Translations under genes and position numbers: made by a program
Assembly: GCA_049970055.1 (NCBI GenBank)
Contig: JBMFNR010000001.1
Location: 96,001 to 160,000 of the forward strand
DNA from: Fervidobacterium sp.
GTDB lineage: Bacteria > Thermotogota > Thermotogae > Thermotogales > Fervidobacteriaceae
Length of the DNA: 64,000 nucleotides
Reading direction: 5' to 3'
Notes under the pieces: generated by a model
What the model saw: the letters and a program-made list of their open reading frames with translations, nothing else
What the model was told of the DNA's origin: nothing
Databases searched by the model: none
In this document: positions 31,105 through 42,162 of the stretch, one piece after another
How positions within the stretch are numbered: the first letter of the stretch is position 1
Layout: each line of letters opens with the position of its first letter

Positions 31105-33002
31105 ATTCTTCTCACTCCTTTCAGAGAACATTTTTCTACGTACGATTTTATTGTGTTTTCAACGCTGATACAATCAAGTTTAACAAGTTGAAGTAGTTCT
31201 TTCCTTGTTCCGTGAGTTATAAAGTTATCTTCTACACCTAATTTTTTGATCTTTACATCAGGGTAAAGCTCTAATAGTTTGTCATTATAGTAAGATACGA
31301 CACTTTCACCAAAACCACCAATAAGTGTACCTTCCTCTACAGTGAAAATAAAAGCATGATTTTGAAAAACACTACTTAACATCATTTCATCTAAGGGTTT
31401 AATGCTCCTTACACCTACCAATGTCCAGTTATTTCTTTTACACATTTCTACGTATTGTTTTGTTAATGTTCCCACACTTAGTAAAGCTACATATCCACCC
31501 TCAACAATGATCTTCCAAGACCACAGGTCCACATACTCTATTTTACCACAAATATTGTCCAAATTGCCAAATTCCACATCTTTGGGGTATCTAATTGCAA
31601 TCGGTCCTTTATATGTGTCGCGTCTTTTAATGATCGTATAAATCATGTTAGCCAGGTCCTGAGCATCTACGGGGGTTAGTATCTTCATATTTGGAATAGG
31701 TCTCAAGTAGCTTATATCGAATACACCATGGTGTGTTGGACCATCTGGACCGACCAAACCTGCTCGATCAATTGCGAAAAGAACATCTAAATTCTGTAAA
31801 GCGATGTCGTGGATTATCTGATCGTAGGCTCTTTGAAGAAACGTCGAGTATATAGCTACTACGGGTTTATACCCTACTGTTGCAAGACCTCCTGCGTAAG
31901 TGACGACGGATTGCTCTGTTATGCCGAGATCTACAAAGCGATCTGGAAATTTTTGTGAGAACGAAGTCAAACCTGTACCATCCGGCATTGCCGCAGTCAA
32001 TGCAACAACTTTCTCGTCTTCTTGGGCGATCTTGCTTAGCACTTGTCCAAAAACTTCGCTATAAGAAATGGCATTTTCCGGCTTTTCGAAATTACCTGAC
32101 TCTGGATCAAACTTTTCAACACCATGATATTTAGTAGGATTATCTTCTGAATAATGGTATCCCTTTCCTTTAAATGTGAAGACAGTTAGAACTGTTGGGT
32201 ATGGATAATCTTTTATCTGTTTTAAAGCATCTTCTAAAATTTTTATATCGTGTCCATCAACCGGACCAAAGTGTTTAAGACCAATCGATTCAAAAAAATC
32301 TTCTCCGATGAGAGCCACTTTCAGTGCTTCTTTTATTTTTTTTAACTCAAATTCAACATTTTCACTCATTTCTCTCTTTAGTCTTTCTTTCAATCTAATG
32401 TACAATTTGCTAGTTCTAAGCGATTCTAAAAGTATAGATAGGCCACCAACGTTTTTAGCTATGCTCATCCCATTGCTGTTGAGAATTATCTTTACTTTCG
32501 AATTTTGGCTTTTCAGTTGATTTAGTGATTCGAGGGCTTGACCACTCGTCAGTGCACCATCGCCGATTACAACGACTACACTCGCTTGACTGCCTGATAG
32601 CCTTAATGCTTTTTCAATACCCATCGCCGCTGCAATCGACGTACCTACATGCCCTGCACCGAATCTGTCTACTTCGTCTTCGAAGATGTTCGTGAATCCT
32701 GATATTCCACCAAACTTTCTCAGCGTTTTGAATTCTTCCCATCTTCCAGTCAATAATTTGTGTGTGTAAGTTTGATGGCCTGTGTCCCAAATTATGTAGT
32801 CTTCGAAAGGATCAAAAACTCGGTAGAGCGCGAGTGTGAGCTCGACCGTACCGAGATTACTCGCAAGATGACCGCCATTTTGTGAGATGATGTCTATCAT
32901 GTAAGCTCGTATCTTATCAGTGAATGCGTAGAGTTCTTCATAGCTCATCTTTTTAATTTTCTCTAAAAGTTCCTCTTTCTTAAACGAGCTTTTCAATTTC
33001 AT
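31101..33002 (-). CDS. dxs: 1-deoxy-D-xylulose-5-phosphate synthase
   Basis: GGHLASNLG, WDTGHQ, GDGALTSG, IYSTFLQRAYDQ and DRAGLVG.DGPTH motifs; start ATG 33002 after SD AAGGTGG. Confidence 0.96.
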   Translation of the reverse strand: MKLKSSFKKEELLEKIKKMSYEELYAFTDKIRAYMIDIISQNGGHLASNLGTVELTLALYRVFDPFEDYIIWDTGHQTYTHKLLTGRWEEFKTLRKFGGISGFTNIFEDEVDRFGAGHVGTSIAAAMGIEKALRLSGSQASVVVVIGDGALTSGQALESLNQLKSQNSKVKIILNSNGMSIAKNVGGLSILLESLRTSKLYIRLKERLKREMSENVEFELKKIKEALKVALIGEDFFESIGLKHFGPVDGHDIKILEDALKQIKDYPYPTVLTVFTFKGKGYHYSEDNPTKYHGVEKFDPESGNFEKPENAISYSEVFGQVLSKIAQEDEKVVALTAAMPDGTGLTSFSQKFPDRFVDLGITEQSVVTYAGGLATVGYKPVVAIYSTFLQRAYDQIIHDIALQNLDVLFAIDRAGLVGPDGPTHHGVFDISYLRPIPNMKILTPVDAQDLANMIYTIIKRRDTYKGPIAIRYPKDVEFGNLDNICGKIEYVDLWSWKIIVEGGYVALLSVGTLTKQYVEMCKRNNWTLVGVRSIKPLDEMMLSSVFQNHAFIFTVEEGTLIGGFGESVVSYYNDKLLELYPDVKIKKLGVEDNFITHGTRKELLQLVKLDCISVENTIKSYVEKCSLKGVRRI

Positions 33003-33024
33003 GCGATCCACCTTTCGATATCGT

Positions 33025-34308
<1,284 letters not shown>

Positions 34309-34313
34309 TTAAG

Positions 34314-35360
34314 TCACCCCTCAAATAGTTTCTTCAGATTCTCATCATATGGTGGATAAACTACACCTTTTTCCGTGATGATCGCTGTTACAAGTTCGTG
34401 ATCTGTTACATCGAATGCCGGATTGTAGACACTGATATTGTTTGGTGCGATCCGCCTGCCTCCGCATGTTAGTACCTCTTCATGGGCTCTCTCCTCGATT
34501 GGGATCTCTGACCCACTTTTTACAGACAAGTCTATCGTACTGAGAGGGGCAGCCACATAGAATGGTATACCATGCCTATTCGCAAGAACTGCCACCATGT
34601 ATGTTCCGATTTTATTTGCAACGTCTCCGTTGGCTGCGATACGATCAGCGCCCACGATTACAGCGTTAATTCTACCTTGTTTCATAACCCACCCCGCCAT
34701 GTTATCGCTGATGAGTGTTACATCGAACCCGTCCTTCATGAGTTCCCAAGCGGTTAGACGTGCTCCTTGTAAATATGGTCGCGTTTCATCAGCGTATACT
34801 TTTATTTTTTTACCTTGTTCCTTGGCAGCACGTAAAACGCCAAGTGCTGTACCGTAATCGACTGTAGCAAGCGCGCCTGCATTGCAGTGAGTTAATACAG
34901 TGAACCCATCTTTCAAAAGTTCAGCACCATTTCTTCCTATCGCTTTGTTCACCTCGATGTCTTCTTTAGCGATCGCCATAGCTTCTTCTTCTATTGCTCT
35001 CACAATACCTTCATACTTGCCGTGATTAATGAGTTTTTTTTCCATTCGATCAAGTGCCCAGAACAAATTAACAGCTGTTGGTCTTGTTCTTGCAAGCACC
35101 TCTTTTATATTTTTCATCTGCTGAACAACTTGATCGTAGTTATAACTCTTTTTGACAACTTCTTTAAGACCAAGTACAAAACCGAAAGCAGCGGTAGCAC
35201 CGATCGCAGGTGCTCCCCTAACGACCATTTCTTTTATCGCAAGTGCAACTGACCTATAATCTGCGCACGTTACATAGACCTCTTCGAACGGAAGTCTTCT
35301 TTGATCAATTAGAATTAGACTGTCACCCGTCCACTCCATGGTCATCGTCTTGAGTCTCAT
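34314..35360 (-). CDS. mtnA: S-methyl-5-thioribose-1-phosphate isomerase
   Basis: [39 protein letters not shown] and NPAFDVT motifs. Confidence 0.95.
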   Translation of the reverse strand: MRLKTMTMEWTGDSLILIDQRRLPFEEVYVTCADYRSVALAIKEMVVRGAPAIGATAAFGFVLGLKEVVKKSYNYDQVVQQMKNIKEVLARTRPTAVNLFWALDRMEKKLINHGKYEGIVRAIEEEAMAIAKEDIEVNKAIGRNGAELLKDGFTVLTHCNAGALATVDYGTALGVLRAAKEQGKKIKVYADETRPYLQGARLTAWELMKDGFDVTLISDNMAGWVMKQGRINAVIVGADRIAANGDVANKIGTYMVAVLANRHGIPFYVAAPLSTIDLSVKSGSEIPIEERAHEEVLTCGGRRIAPNNISVYNPAFDVTDHELVTAIITEKGVVYPPYDENLKKLFEG

Positions 35361-35389
35361 TTTTTTACCTCCTTGATCAATTTCTAAGA

Positions 35390-36448
35390 TTAGTACTCTT
35401 CATTTGAATGTAAAAGTTTTTTTCTGAATTCTTCGATTCCAGTTACCTCTCCAAAGATCACAAGCTTATCGTTATCACCAATTAAATAACCTTTTGATGG
35501 TCCAAGTAAAAATTCTCCATCCTTCATAATGGCTACAACCAGTATGTTGTATTTCTCTTTTAGTTGTAAATCTTCTATCCTCTTTCCAGAAAGTGGTGTA
35601 CCAAAAGTTTCAATAATCTCTATTCTAAATCTTTTATCTCTTATGCTTAGAACATCAACAACATCTTCCTTTGCCTTTTTTGAAACAACAGTTTCAACCA
35701 TTTTAATGCCCGATATTTCTGCAGTTGCAATTGGATGGTCAACACCTGCATAAATGAATTTTGTTAAGTTCGAAATATTTGTTATGTTTGAAACAATATA
35801 GATGTTGCTATTCAAATTCTTTGCGGTTAGAGCTACAAATATGTTTAACGCATCATCAGGTAATGTTGTTATTAAAGTTCGTGCTTCTTTTATTCCGGCT
35901 TTTAATAAAGTATCTTCGCTTGTTGCATCTCCGGTTATAAATAAAACTTTCCCCTCTTTTTCTAACTCTTTAATATTTGTATTTTCTGAGTTTTTGTCGA
36001 TGGCGACAACTTTATTTTCGTACCGTAACAGTTGATGGATAACTTGTGTTCCCAAGTTTCCAACACCCACAACGATAACATGTCTCTTCATCTTTCTTAT
36101 CCTTCTTTCGATGTTTTTATTTTTGAAAATCTTTGCTATTTCACCTTCTACAAGTGTTGCAGTTATGTAAGAGATGCTGTACAAAACAAAAGAAAGACCT
36201 ATTAGGATAAGTAGTATTGTGAACAACTTCCCATGTAAAGACAAGTCCTTTGGTATACCGTAACCAACTGTTGAAAGTGTTATCGCAGTAAAAAACATCG
36301 CTTCCGTAAAAGTGTAATCTTCAATTAACCAGTAGTAAATGGTACCTGCGGAAAACACCAAAAAAATACCGGAAATAGAAATGAGTATTCTTTTTAAAAG
36401 GATGTTTTCATTCAATTCTCTAAGCCAGATATTTTTTTCTTTGTCCAT
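35390..36448 (-). CDS. 2-TM potassium channel with RCK-N/RCK-C domains (MthK-like)
   Basis: Selectivity filter TVGYG; GVGNLG Rossmann motif; GDAT; C-terminal TrkA-C domain. Confidence 0.92.
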   Translation of the reverse strand: MDKEKNIWLRELNENILLKRILISISGIFLVFSAGTIYYWLIEDYTFTEAMFFTAITLSTVGYGIPKDLSLHGKLFTILLILIGLSFVLYSISYITATLVEGEIAKIFKNKNIERRIRKMKRHVIVVGVGNLGTQVIHQLLRYENKVVAIDKNSENTNIKELEKEGKVLFITGDATSEDTLLKAGIKEARTLITTLPDDALNIFVALTAKNLNSNIYIVSNITNISNLTKFIYAGVDHPIATAEISGIKMVETVVSKKAKEDVVDVLSIRDKRFRIEIIETFGTPLSGKRIEDLQLKEKYNILVVAIMKDGEFLLGPSKGYLIGDNDKLVIFGEVTGIEEFRKKLLHSNEEY

Positions 36449-36463
36449 ATGCTTACTTCATAC

Positions 36464-37453
36464 TCACTTTACTATCTGACTTTTGTATTTAATCTCTATC
36501 TTTGATTTTTTGAAGAATTCATCAAAATCTTTCGAAATTTTATCCTTCGCTTCATCTTGCTTTACTGATAGTAATTGCTTTTTGATTTCCTCTTTTGCAT
36601 CGTCTAAAGACTTTTGCCCGCCAACCTTTACGTCTCTGAGTTTTATTACATAATACTCTCCGCTTATACTTTCGGTTGGTAAGATAGTGTTTTTGGGAGT
36701 ATTTGTTATCTTAAGCCACAAGTTTTGCGGGATCTTGGATGTGTCACCTTGATTTACAAAACCATCGACCAAAGGTTGAACGCTGTACTTTTTCGATATT
36801 TCACTACTTGGGAGATTTTTCGCTAGATCCAGCCTGATGTTATCAGCTGTATTCTTATCTTTTGTTTTAAAAACAATTAGATCGTACTGTGTGGGCAAAA
36901 AGTACTTTGATTGGTTCTTTTCATAGTATGCTTTTATCTCCTCGTCTGATATGCTGATGTTTTTAATATAATATGTCAAGACATTTGCCAAAGAAAGTGA
37001 ATAGGTACGCTGCAGATATAACCTTTGTTTGTAATCTTCGAGCGACCCCATGCCAAGTTGAATAAGATAATCGTTTAACTGTGATTCCGTCATTTTTAAA
37101 TCATTAATCATTTTCTTGATTTCTGTGTCAACATCATTTTTAACAGTTGAAGCATCTGGTGCAACTTTTAAACTTTCTGCAAATTGTATGAAAGCTATCT
37201 TTCTTATGAGGATATCAAGAACTCTGAGTTTGTACTTTTCTATTATAACTATACCTTCCTGGGTAGTAGTAAGTACCTGATAGAATGTTTCATTGGAGTT
37301 TTGAATGTCAATCAGTAACTTTTGAACATTCGCTTCCCTGTTCCATTCATCCATCGTGATGTTACGACCGTTAACAACGGCGACAACATCTTGCTGAGCA
37401 AATAGCATCAGCGCGAAAAACAGTAAAACACAAGCAAGATACCTTTTCACCAT
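36464..37453 (-). CDS. SurA/PrsA-like extracytoplasmic foldase
   Basis: Signal peptide, VAVVNG..IT, ISDEEIKAYYEKN and a degenerate parvulin region (KKYS, YYVIK). Confidence 0.75.
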   Translation of the reverse strand: MVKRYLACVLLFFALMLFAQQDVVAVVNGRNITMDEWNREANVQKLLIDIQNSNETFYQVLTTTQEGIVIIEKYKLRVLDILIRKIAFIQFAESLKVAPDASTVKNDVDTEIKKMINDLKMTESQLNDYLIQLGMGSLEDYKQRLYLQRTYSLSLANVLTYYIKNISISDEEIKAYYEKNQSKYFLPTQYDLIVFKTKDKNTADNIRLDLAKNLPSSEISKKYSVQPLVDGFVNQGDTSKIPQNLWLKITNTPKNTILPTESISGEYYVIKLRDVKVGGQKSLDDAKEEIKKQLLSVKQDEAKDKISKDFDEFFKKSKIEIKYKSQIVK

Positions 37454-37494
37454 ACGTCCCCCCCTATGCTTACTTTTTTGCTCATTGTACTCGC

Positions 37495-39951
37495 TTATTT
37501 GACCACAATGTTTACCAATTTACCACTGACATAGATAACATTTGAGATCGTTTTTCCTTCGATTAGCTTCGAAACGTTGTCTAAAGCGGCTTTCTTAATT
37601 TCTTCTTTTGATAAATTCGCAGGGACTGTTATTTTTCCACGTACTTTTCCGTTCACTTGTACAACGATTGTGGTTTCTTCGGCTTCAAGAGCCCGTGGAT
37701 CATATTCTGGCCATTTTTCTTCAACGATCAGTGTTGTCTTGCCAAGATCATGCCACATCTCTTCTGCCATGTGTGGTGCAAAAGGTGAAAGTATCAACAC
37801 AAGCTTTTCAGCTATTTCCCTAAGTAGTTCTTTATTGTACGATTGAGAACTTTCAAGATAGTCAGAGAGCTGGTTATTAAATTCCATAAGTCCTGCGATC
37901 GCTGTGTTGAATTTAAACCCGCCTTCTATGTCTTCTTTTATTTTCTTTATCATTGTGTGTAATTTTCTCCTGAGGTTTTTTTCTTCTTTACCAAATGAAT
38001 CGCCACTAATATCTTCGTTGTTTATTATATCAAGGACCCTGTAATAATTGTTCCAAAGCCGCTTAATAAACCTATTTACTCCTTCGATACCTGCGTCATT
38101 CCACTCAGCATCTTTTTCTGGCGGTGCCATGAAAAGTATGTACATCCTCAGTGTGTCTGCACCGTATTTATTTATCATGTCATCGGGCGATACAACATTT
38201 CCCTTCGATTTGCTCATTTTCCAACCATCTTTGTATATCATTCCTTGTGTAAATAGATTCTCAAACGGCTCATCAAATTTTACGTACCCAAGATCGTGGA
38301 GTACTTTTGTAATAAATCTTGAGTACAATAAGTGTAGTACAGCGTGTTCAACACCACCGATGTATTGGTCAACTGGTAACCAGTAATTGACATCGTTTGT
38401 ATCAAAAGGTTTATCCTCGATTTTTGGATTCACGTACCTCAGATAATACCATGAGCTATCAACGAATGTATCCATCGTCTCAACTTCTCTATGCGCTGGT
38501 CCTCCACATTTTGGACATGTCGTATGTATGAATTCTTCACTTAGCGTTAAAGGTGATTGACCTGTTGGTAAAAATTCGACATCCTCCGGCAGTTTTACAG
38601 GTAGATCTTTTTCTGGAACGGGAACTATCCCACATTTATCACAGTACACAACGGGAATGGGTGCACCCCAGTACCTCTGTCTGGAAATAAGCCAGTCCCT
38701 TAACTTGTACTGTACACTTTTTTTACCAAAGCCTTTTTGTTCTATGTAATTTGTAACCTCTTCTATGCCTTTTATACTTTCAAGACCATCAAATGGTCCA
38801 CTATTTATCATTATTCCTTCCGATTCATATGGTTTTTCTTGTACATTCCACTCTCCATCCTTTGGTTTTATAACCTGCTTAATTGGTAAGTTGTACGCTT
38901 TTGCAAAGTCAAAATCACGTTGATCGTGCGCGGGCACGGCCATTATAGCTCCTGTACCGTATTCATAAAGTATATAATTGGCAACATAAATTGGAATTTT
39001 TTCATTTGTCAGTGGATTTATCGCGTATCTTCCAAGAAATACGCCCTCTTTTTTTGCCTCTACACTTGTTCTTTTGAATCTATCCTCAAGGGCAACTTTT
39101 GCTAAGAACTCCTCAACTTCCTGTTTCCTTTCATCAGTGACAAGTTCCATGACAAGTGGCGATTCCGGTGCGACAGCCAAGAACGTGACTCCGTAGATTG
39201 TATCTGGGCGTGTTGTAAATATCCTAATTGTTTTATCCATACCTTCGATTGGGAAGTTGACCTCTGCACCTGTACTTTTACCTATCCAGTTTTTTTGCAT
39301 TGTTTTAACATGTTCTGGCCAACCTTGTAATCTATCCAATCCTTCCAATAACTTTTCAGCATAATCAGTTATTTTAAAGTACCATTGTTCTAAGTATTTC
39401 ATAGTAACCGTTGTACCGCATCGCTCGCATTTTCCATCTTTCACTTGTTCGTTTGCAAGAACTGTCTGACAACTTGGGCACCAGTTAACCGCTCCTGGCT
39501 TTTTGTAAGCTAGACCAGCCTCATAAAGTTTTAAAAAGATCCATTGCGTCCATTTATAGTAATCTTCAGTACATGTTATAACTTCTCTATTCCAATCGTA
39601 ACTTATCCCAATTTTCTTTATCTGACCACGAATAACATTTATATTATCAAAAGTCCATTTTTTTGGATGAATCTTATGAGCTATAGCGGCATTTTCAGCA
39701 GGTAAACCAAACGCATCATACCCAAAAGGATGTAATACATTGTATCCTTGCATCCTTTTGTACCTTGCTACTATGTCACCTATGACGTAGTTTTTGACGT
39801 GGCCAACGTGCAGTGTACCAGAAGGATATGGAAACATAACAAGCGCGTAGTATTTTGGTTTTTCCGAATACTGCGGAGTTTCGAAAACTTTTCTTTCTTC
39901 CCATACTTTTTGCCATTTGCCCTCTATCTCTTGTGGTATGTATTCTTTCAT
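37495..39951 (-). CDS. leuS: Leucine--tRNA ligase
   Basis: MFPYPSG.LHVGH, DWLISRQRYWG and KMSKS motifs. Confidence 0.98.
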   Translation of the reverse strand: MKEYIPQEIEGKWQKVWEERKVFETPQYSEKPKYYALVMFPYPSGTLHVGHVKNYVIGDIVARYKRMQGYNVLHPFGYDAFGLPAENAAIAHKIHPKKWTFDNINVIRGQIKKIGISYDWNREVITCTEDYYKWTQWIFLKLYEAGLAYKKPGAVNWCPSCQTVLANEQVKDGKCERCGTTVTMKYLEQWYFKITDYAEKLLEGLDRLQGWPEHVKTMQKNWIGKSTGAEVNFPIEGMDKTIRIFTTRPDTIYGVTFLAVAPESPLVMELVTDERKQEVEEFLAKVALEDRFKRTSVEAKKEGVFLGRYAINPLTNEKIPIYVANYILYEYGTGAIMAVPAHDQRDFDFAKAYNLPIKQVIKPKDGEWNVQEKPYESEGIMINSGPFDGLESIKGIEEVTNYIEQKGFGKKSVQYKLRDWLISRQRYWGAPIPVVYCDKCGIVPVPEKDLPVKLPEDVEFLPTGQSPLTLSEEFIHTTCPKCGGPAHREVETMDTFVDSSWYYLRYVNPKIEDKPFDTNDVNYWLPVDQYIGGVEHAVLHLLYSRFITKVLHDLGYVKFDEPFENLFTQGMIYKDGWKMSKSKGNVVSPDDMINKYGADTLRMYILFMAPPEKDAEWNDAGIEGVNRFIKRLWNNYYRVLDIINNEDISGDSFGKEEKNLRRKLHTMIKKIKEDIEGGFKFNTAIAGLMEFNNQLSDYLESSQSYNKELLREIAEKLVLILSPFAPHMAEEMWHDLGKTTLIVEEKWPEYDPRALEAEETTIVVQVNGKVRGKITVPANLSKEEIKKAALDNVSKLIEGKTISNVIYVSGKLVNIVVK

Positions 39952-40032
39952 GAAAATCCCTCCATCTGCTCATTTTGAAATGCGTTCTTTAATTATATCA
40001 TGAAATTGTAAAAAATGTATTATACAAACAAT

Positions 40033-40052
40033 TTCTCCAATTTTTTGGAGAA
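40033..40052. repeat. 8-4-8 inverted repeat TTCTCCAA-TTTT-TTGGAGAA upstream of leuS
   Basis: Read directly. Confidence 0.6.
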
Positions 40053-40236
40053 TATATTTGCAATTTTTAGCTTTTCGCACATCTAATCTTTACAAGTATA
40101 TTATACCATAAGGAAATTAAAATCATTAAATTTCTTCCGCATCTTTTCTATCTTCCTTCTTTTTTAAACTTTCTGGTCTTTGCCAAATGTCTGAAATTTC
40201 AAAGTACAGTTAACCAAATGTTCAAAAATAAACGGG

Positions 40237-40265
40237 TTATAAAGTGATGAAAAGTTTGGTATAAT
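40237..40265 (+). promoter_or_regulatory. Sigma70-type promoter for mgtE
   Basis: TTATAA (40237-42), 17-bp spacer, TATAAT (40260-65) with extended TG. Confidence 0.6.
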
Positions 40266-40344
40266 TAATTAACAACGTTTTGAGTATATGCTTTTAAATT
40301 CTTTTAAATTTTAAACCTACGAAAGGAAAGGTTGGTGATAAACT

Positions 40345-40392
40345 GTGGAATATCCGAGTTTTTCAGGTGCTTCCAGCTCAAAACCGCCATGA
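40345..40392 (+). CDS. Putative leader peptide (uORF) MEYPSFSGASSSKPP* in the mgtE 5' UTR
   Basis: SD-like GGTGA (40334-38) 6 nt before GTG; 15 codons, 3 Pro, ending CCG CCA TGA. Confidence 0.5.
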   Translation: MEYPSFSGASSSKPP

Positions 40393-40420
40393 GAAAATTA
40401 AAAGAGGAGGTCTGTTATGA

Positions 40421-41764
40421 ATGAAGGTCAAACTCCAAGTTGACATCAAAAAACTCATCGAACGTGGTGATTTTAGAACATTAAAGTTCTTACTGGAAGA
40501 TCAAGATCCGAACGTAATTTTTGAAATGATTGAAGAGCTTGAAACTTCAGAAAAAGCCATTGTTTTCCGCTTGCTTCATAAAGACATTGCTGCGGAGGTC
40601 TTTTCCAAACTTGAGTCAGATGAACAATTTGAACTTGTACGGATGCTTACAGACGATGAGATAAAGTCTATAATACGGAATATGGATCCATCTGACAGGG
40701 CGGAATTGCTCGATGAACTCCCCACCGATGTTGTTACAAAGTTGCTCTCCTTATTGCCCAAAAGCGAACGTGAACAGACCATTGAAATCCTTAACTATCC
40801 GGAAAACTCTGCTGGGCGACTGATGTCACCAAATTTTGTTTATGTGACGAGAAATATAACTGTCGAAGAAGCTCTCGCAAAGGTGCGCAAGTTTGGAAAA
40901 GATTCGGATACAATTTACACAATATTTGTTGTTGAAGAGGATAGAACACTGGTTGGAACACTTAGCTTGGAAGACTTAATTTTTTCTGAACCCGGGACAC
41001 TTGTCGATGAGATTTATAAGCCAGAACCACCGTACGTAAAGACGACAACCGACCAAGAGGAAGTTGCGGAATTAATGAAAAGATATGATCTTAACGCCAT
41101 AGCGGTCGTTGACAATGATATGAGACTTGTCGGTGTGATAATTATTGACGATATAGTTGATATTATTGAGGAAGAGACAACGGAAGACATCCATAGGATG
41201 GCTGGTATGAATGCCACTACTACTTCTTATTTTCATACCTCGCCTCTTGTGTTTATCAGAAACCGATTACCTTGGCTTGTAGGATTGTTGCTATTGGAAA
41301 GCGTTAATTCGTTTATTGTGCATAGATACGAAGAATTTCTTGCTGCCATTCCCATTGTGGCTGCTTTCATGACGACAATGGCGGACGCTGGCGGCAACTC
41401 AGGAGGACAGAGTAGTACACTTATAATAAGAAGTATGGTACTCGGTGAAGTACAACTGAAGGATTGGTGGAAGGTTTTACTGAGGGAATTGTATGTTGGA
41501 ATTATACTTGGTTTGATTTTGGGGCTTGTACTTTTTCTCAGAGGATTTATGATTTCAAATAACATTTTAGTTAATCTTTCCGCAGCTATATCTTTGTTCT
41601 TTATAATTATTTTTGCTAATACCGCGGGTTCGATGTTACCGTTCTTAGGTAAGCTCTTGCATATAGATCCTGCGCTAATGTCTGGCCCACTTATCACAAC
41701 TATCGCAGATCTTGGTGGAATAATGATATATTTCGCAATTACACATGCTATGTTAAGGATTTAA
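40421..41764 (+). CDS. mgtE: Magnesium transporter MgtE
   Basis: MgtE-N domain, YPENSAGRLM, CBS pair, RLPWL, GGNSGGQ, DPALMSGPLITTIAD. Confidence 0.96.
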   Translation: MKVKLQVDIKKLIERGDFRTLKFLLEDQDPNVIFEMIEELETSEKAIVFRLLHKDIAAEVFSKLESDEQFELVRMLTDDEIKSIIRNMDPSDRAELLDELPTDVVTKLLSLLPKSEREQTIEILNYPENSAGRLMSPNFVYVTRNITVEEALAKVRKFGKDSDTIYTIFVVEEDRTLVGTLSLEDLIFSEPGTLVDEIYKPEPPYVKTTTDQEEVAELMKRYDLNAIAVVDNDMRLVGVIIIDDIVDIIEEETTEDIHRMAGMNATTTSYFHTSPLVFIRNRLPWLVGLLLLESVNSFIVHRYEEFLAAIPIVAAFMTTMADAGGNSGGQSSTLIIRSMVLGEVQLKDWWKVLLRELYVGIILGLILGLVLFLRGFMISNNILVNLSAAISLFFIIIFANTAGSMLPFLGKLLHIDPALMSGPLITTIADLGGIMIYFAITHAMLRI

Positions 41765-41805
41765 AGACATATTTTGCTATGAATTGTCGAATGGAAGGTG
41801 GTAAT

Positions 41806-42156
41806 ATGGAACGTGAGGAATTAGAGAAGAAACTTTTAGAAACGATAGATACGATAGAAACACACTTGGAACGATACGAAAGAGATATGGAAGCAATCAA
41901 CGTTAAGATCGATTTGTTGACGAATGATTTATATGATGCGTGGAATACTCTAAGAAATATATTTATAACGGTAGTTTTTATGTTTACAATTATGGCAGTT
42001 ACCTGGTTTTTCCCATTTCAAGCAAGGGCGTATGGATATCTTTCCGTTGACGATGTGAGAAGGAAGTTGATAGCGCTTAGCGTCGAGTTTTTGATATTTG
42101 GTATTATACTACTTTTTGAATTAAGCATAGCGTTCTCAAGGAGGTTTAGAAGATAA
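41806..42156 (+). CDS. Small hypothetical membrane protein (coiled coil plus 2 TM)
   Basis: ATG 41806 after SD GGAAGGTGG; ends 6 nt before uvrA. Confidence 0.65.
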   Translation: MEREELEKKLLETIDTIETHLERYERDMEAINVKIDLLTNDLYDAWNTLRNIFITVVFMFTIMAVTWFFPFQARAYGYLSVDDVRRKLIALSVEFLIFGIILLFELSIAFSRRFRR

Positions 42157-42162
42157 CAATAT

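Noticed and set aside
39952..40260. T-box or Leu-rich attenuator for leuS, including a minus-strand mini-ORF MRKKFNDFNFLMV* at 40101-40142
   Set aside because: No T-box consensus or GC-rich terminator; the mini-ORF has only one Leu and lies upstream of the likely promoters.
40288..40314. Mini-ORF MLLNSFKF* in the mgtE leader
   Set aside because: No SD; likely a chance frame across the AT-rich tandem repeat.
40270..40420. M-box (ykoK) riboswitch upstream of mgtE
   Set aside because: The conserved M-box core sequence and terminator are not recognisable by eye; an Rfam scan is needed to exclude it formally.
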